A stretch of 63,130 bases of DNA, filler included, from Globobulimina sp. (Eukaryota), in the NCBI GenBank assembly GCA_003354225.1. It is 20 parts of 20 records of this genome, joined end to end, with 100 filler letters (N's around TTAATTAATTAA, not from the genome) between each part and the next. Parts side by side here need not be neighbours in the genome. Positions count along the whole stretch, not along the records: positions 60,072 to 63,130 come from PIVH01003848.1; 19 more parts are not named here. One strand, 5' to 3'. How positions within the stretch are numbered: the stretch's first letter is position 1; each line of letters begins with the position of its first letter. The notes beneath the pieces were generated by a model that saw nothing but the letters and a program-made list of their open reading frames with translations, did no database searches and was not told the DNA's origin. Positions 60,644 through 63,130 of this stretch are shown here, piece after piece. Made by a program: the position numbers and the translations under genes.

Positions 60644-63130
60644 TGTAATATCAAGTGCTTGAATTACACTTAGCAAGTCGATCTGCGTACAATCAACGCT
60701 ACACTGCCAATATTCAGCTACAAAGTTGTTAAGATCCGTCATTTAACAAGTCCTTCAAATCTATTGACGAGCAAGACCGATGCCAAAAGACTACGGTAGC
60801 CGTTCAGATTACAAACGAAATAGACGTTATTTGACGCGACGTCAGCCTTCCCTTGCGTCACTTTGCCGTCTCATTATGAAGAAATAATATTTGCATATTA
60901 TTGTCTCAAGTTGTGCAGTGCCTTATCGAACTGTAAACCGTCCATTTATTGTTTGATACGAATTCTCATTCTTGATATTAGATCTCGATTGTTATTTGTT
61001 GGTAATTGAAGCTCATCATTACTTTATTGCTTTTATTATTCGTGTTATTAAAGAAAGTCATCGAATTATCAGGTACACCTTTTTACCATGCAATATAGTT
61101 TAGTATTGGTTAAGTGAGCCGATCCTTTATCATCGTTCTCGGTTTCGCAGGATCGCTAGGCATCATTTTAACAGTATTGTGCGGGTTATCTACCAGCGTG
61201 TAAAGACCGTGAACTGAGTTCTGGAGTGCTTTGCCGTTGGTAACGTCACTCATCCGTATAGTACTGTTACAGTGGTGGCAGCTAACTTGCGTTGTTTTGT
61301 GTCATCGACGGGCTTCGCAATTGGAGTACCTTTTATGCTGACCTATTACCCATAGCAATTCGAGATGTCCGAAACACCTCAAAGTCATTTGCCTCGTCCC
61401 CGTACACGTTCAAATATGTCACGATCGTCCGAAAGTTTAGCGTCCGGTTTGCCAGAAACGTCGAAGGCAAAACGTCAAGAAATAATCGCGAGTCGTAGAG
61501 AAATGCCGTCAGAAATACTTCACGCAGCGAGTGAAAATTTACCGTCAACAAGTAGACCTGACAGTACGGATGAACTTTTACTCGATACATCCGAAACTTT
61601 GCAATTATCGCCTAGTGCAACGCCAAAAGGAGACGGAGATATTGAAACGCAGTTTAGTACTTGCAGAAGGCCTGAAGATTTAGTAGAGAAAGTAGATCGA
61701 CAGGAGAAAAATCCTGACGAAACGTCTGCAGTTTTCGGACCGACTAGCGCTGTCAAACCAACTGGAACATCGACCAAATTGGGTTTTGTAGATGGTTTTG
61801 CAGGTGCCATGACAAATTTATTTCGCCCTACGCGTTCAGGCGCATCATCACGTAATCAGCCAGTCGAACCTAATCTGGCCGAACAATCAGTAATTTCGGC
61901 GACCGAATTACAAGCTCAAAAGAAAGCCGATCGTTTGCAAAAAGAAAACGAGAAATTAAAACTTTTGAATGCGCAAAATCGTACGGATTTATGTAACGCG
62001 AAACAGAGCGAAAAGGATACCGATGCGATGTACCAAGATTTATTAATTTCGCATGCGAAAGATACTGGCAAAATGCAGCGTGACAAAAAGGTAGTCGAAT
62101 CAGAAAATGGTCTTTTAATGCGAAACCAACAGGATTTACTGCAAAATCAATCACGTTTGGCTGAGAAAAATAAAACAGCCGAAACGGTGGCGAAACACCT
62201 TGCGCTTGAAAATGCAGAGTACAAATTAAAGTTGCAAGCGTCAGAACATGTTGTACAGACATTAGTTAATGACCCAAACGTACAAGTAATGCAAACTTCT
62301 TTTAGGAGTGAACCACCAAGATCACAATCGTCACAAGACTATTTGGGTAAGAATATTATTCCTGGAAATGTGCGCAAGCCTCAATTTCAAACGGGTTTAT
62401 TAATTGGTCAACATTTTTCTCAAGAGACTCAACATTCGTCTCGATCACTTCATGGCACTCAACCGATTGATCCAACTGTACATGACTCAGGTAAATTACG
62501 GGGAAAGTCACCTCAACAGATACAGATCGAAAAGCAACTACCCCCTTTGTATGAGAAATTTACAGGAGAGCGTCAACCGCGAGATCGTAGCCATCAAAGT
62601 CAGTCAGTACCTATTCATTTGGGTCCTCAGGCACAAGTATTACCAATGCCAGTAACCAAGTCACGCCAGGAACGTGAACTGCCAACAAAAGGTTACAAAA
62701 ATACAAGTCGGGACGGTTCAGAGAGATATTATCGATCAAAAGGGGCGCAAAGTTATTCGCAATACGATATTCCGGCTGAAAGAAATTCAAATGATTTTCG
62801 CGATCGTTCCAAAAGTCGAGTTAATGTTAGTGACAATTGGGAAAAACCAGAATTGTCCTATCATAACGATAGAGATCGTACAAGGGGCGACAGTCAAGCC
62901 GACCACACCCAATTTAGAGAAAATGCGCCGCGAAAACAAACCCCACATCCAACGGGGGCTCGAGTCGACCAAACCATCGATCGAACCGTTTATCTGGACA
63001 AAGTACGTACACGATTCGATCATCGTGTAGTGACACCTGAATTAATTTTTTCTGGCTTACAGGAAGAAAATTTAGAGTCTTGGATCCAGAATTGAAAGCC
63101 GATTATGATGCATGGATGTATTACAATCAG
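60644..63130 (+). mobile_element. Gypsy-like LTR retrotransposon 5' end: LTR about 60644-61271, PBS 61273-61282, gag from 61365
   Basis: TGTAA...TTACA termini, ATTAAA at 61047, TGGTGGCAGC primer-binding site 1 nt after the LTR, then a long ORF. Confidence 0.75.
61365..63095 (+). CDS. Gag-like polyprotein N-terminus (disordered region, coiled coil, start of capsid)
   Basis: Ends in P..IFSG...ENLESWI, a typical retrotransposon capsid start; appears to continue in the -1 frame (ELKADYDAW). Confidence 0.7.
   Translation: MSETPQSHLPRPRTRSNMSRSSESLASGLPETSKAKRQEIIASRREMPSEILHAASENLPSTSRPDSTDELLLDTSETLQLSPSATPKGDGDIETQFSTCRRPEDLVEKVDRQEKNPDETSAVFGPTSAVKPTGTSTKLGFVDGFAGAMTNLFRPTRSGASSRNQPVEPNLAEQSVISATELQAQKKADRLQKENEKLKLLNAQNRTDLCNAKQSEKDTDAMYQDLLISHAKDTGKMQRDKKVVESENGLLMRNQQDLLQNQSRLAEKNKTAETVAKHLALENAEYKLKLQASEHVVQTLVNDPNVQVMQTSFRSEPPRSQSSQDYLGKNIIPGNVRKPQFQTGLLIGQHFSQETQHSSRSLHGTQPIDPTVHDSGKLRGKSPQQIQIEKQLPPLYEKFTGERQPRDRSHQSQSVPIHLGPQAQVLPMPVTKSRQERELPTKGYKNTSRDGSERYYRSKGAQSYSQYDIPAERNSNDFRDRSKSRVNVSDNWEKPELSYHNDRDRTRGDSQADHTQFRENAPRKQTPHPTGARVDQTIDRTVYLDKVRTRFDHRVVTPELIFSGLQEENLESWIQN

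Overview
This window is not one locus. It is 20 unrelated contigs of about 3.06 kb, ordered by decreasing length and joined by an artificial 100-nt linker (N44-TTAATTAATTAA-N44). Most contigs are AT-rich eukaryotic DNA with short GT-AG introns and tightly packed genes (CDC48, a nucleotide-sugar transporter, GH18 chitinase, trypsin, SDR, POLQ/HELQ helicase, a NOX/ferric-reductase-like gene, PPR, kelch and others). The gene families suggest a foraminiferan or other rhizarian protist, probably whole-genome amplified; this is inference. Mixed in are a Polinton/Maverick (adintovirus-like) fragment at 3166-6229, a DIRS/Ngaro-type retroelement at 6330-9393, a bacterial/eukaryotic chimeric contig at 18983-22045, a bacteriophage fragment at 44273-47332 and a Gypsy-like LTR retrotransposon at 60072-63130. 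The most striking object is the Polinton-like contig. Next to its cysteine protease and packaging ATPase it encodes an intron-containing histone derived from H3.3, with K9->Q, no ARKS/K27 motif, G34->R and K79->C, but K4 and K36 kept. A Bcl-2 homolog lacking a membrane anchor lies convergent to it. Together they look like a candidate viral anti-silencing and anti-apoptosis module. All protein family calls come from motif recognition by eye, not from database searches.
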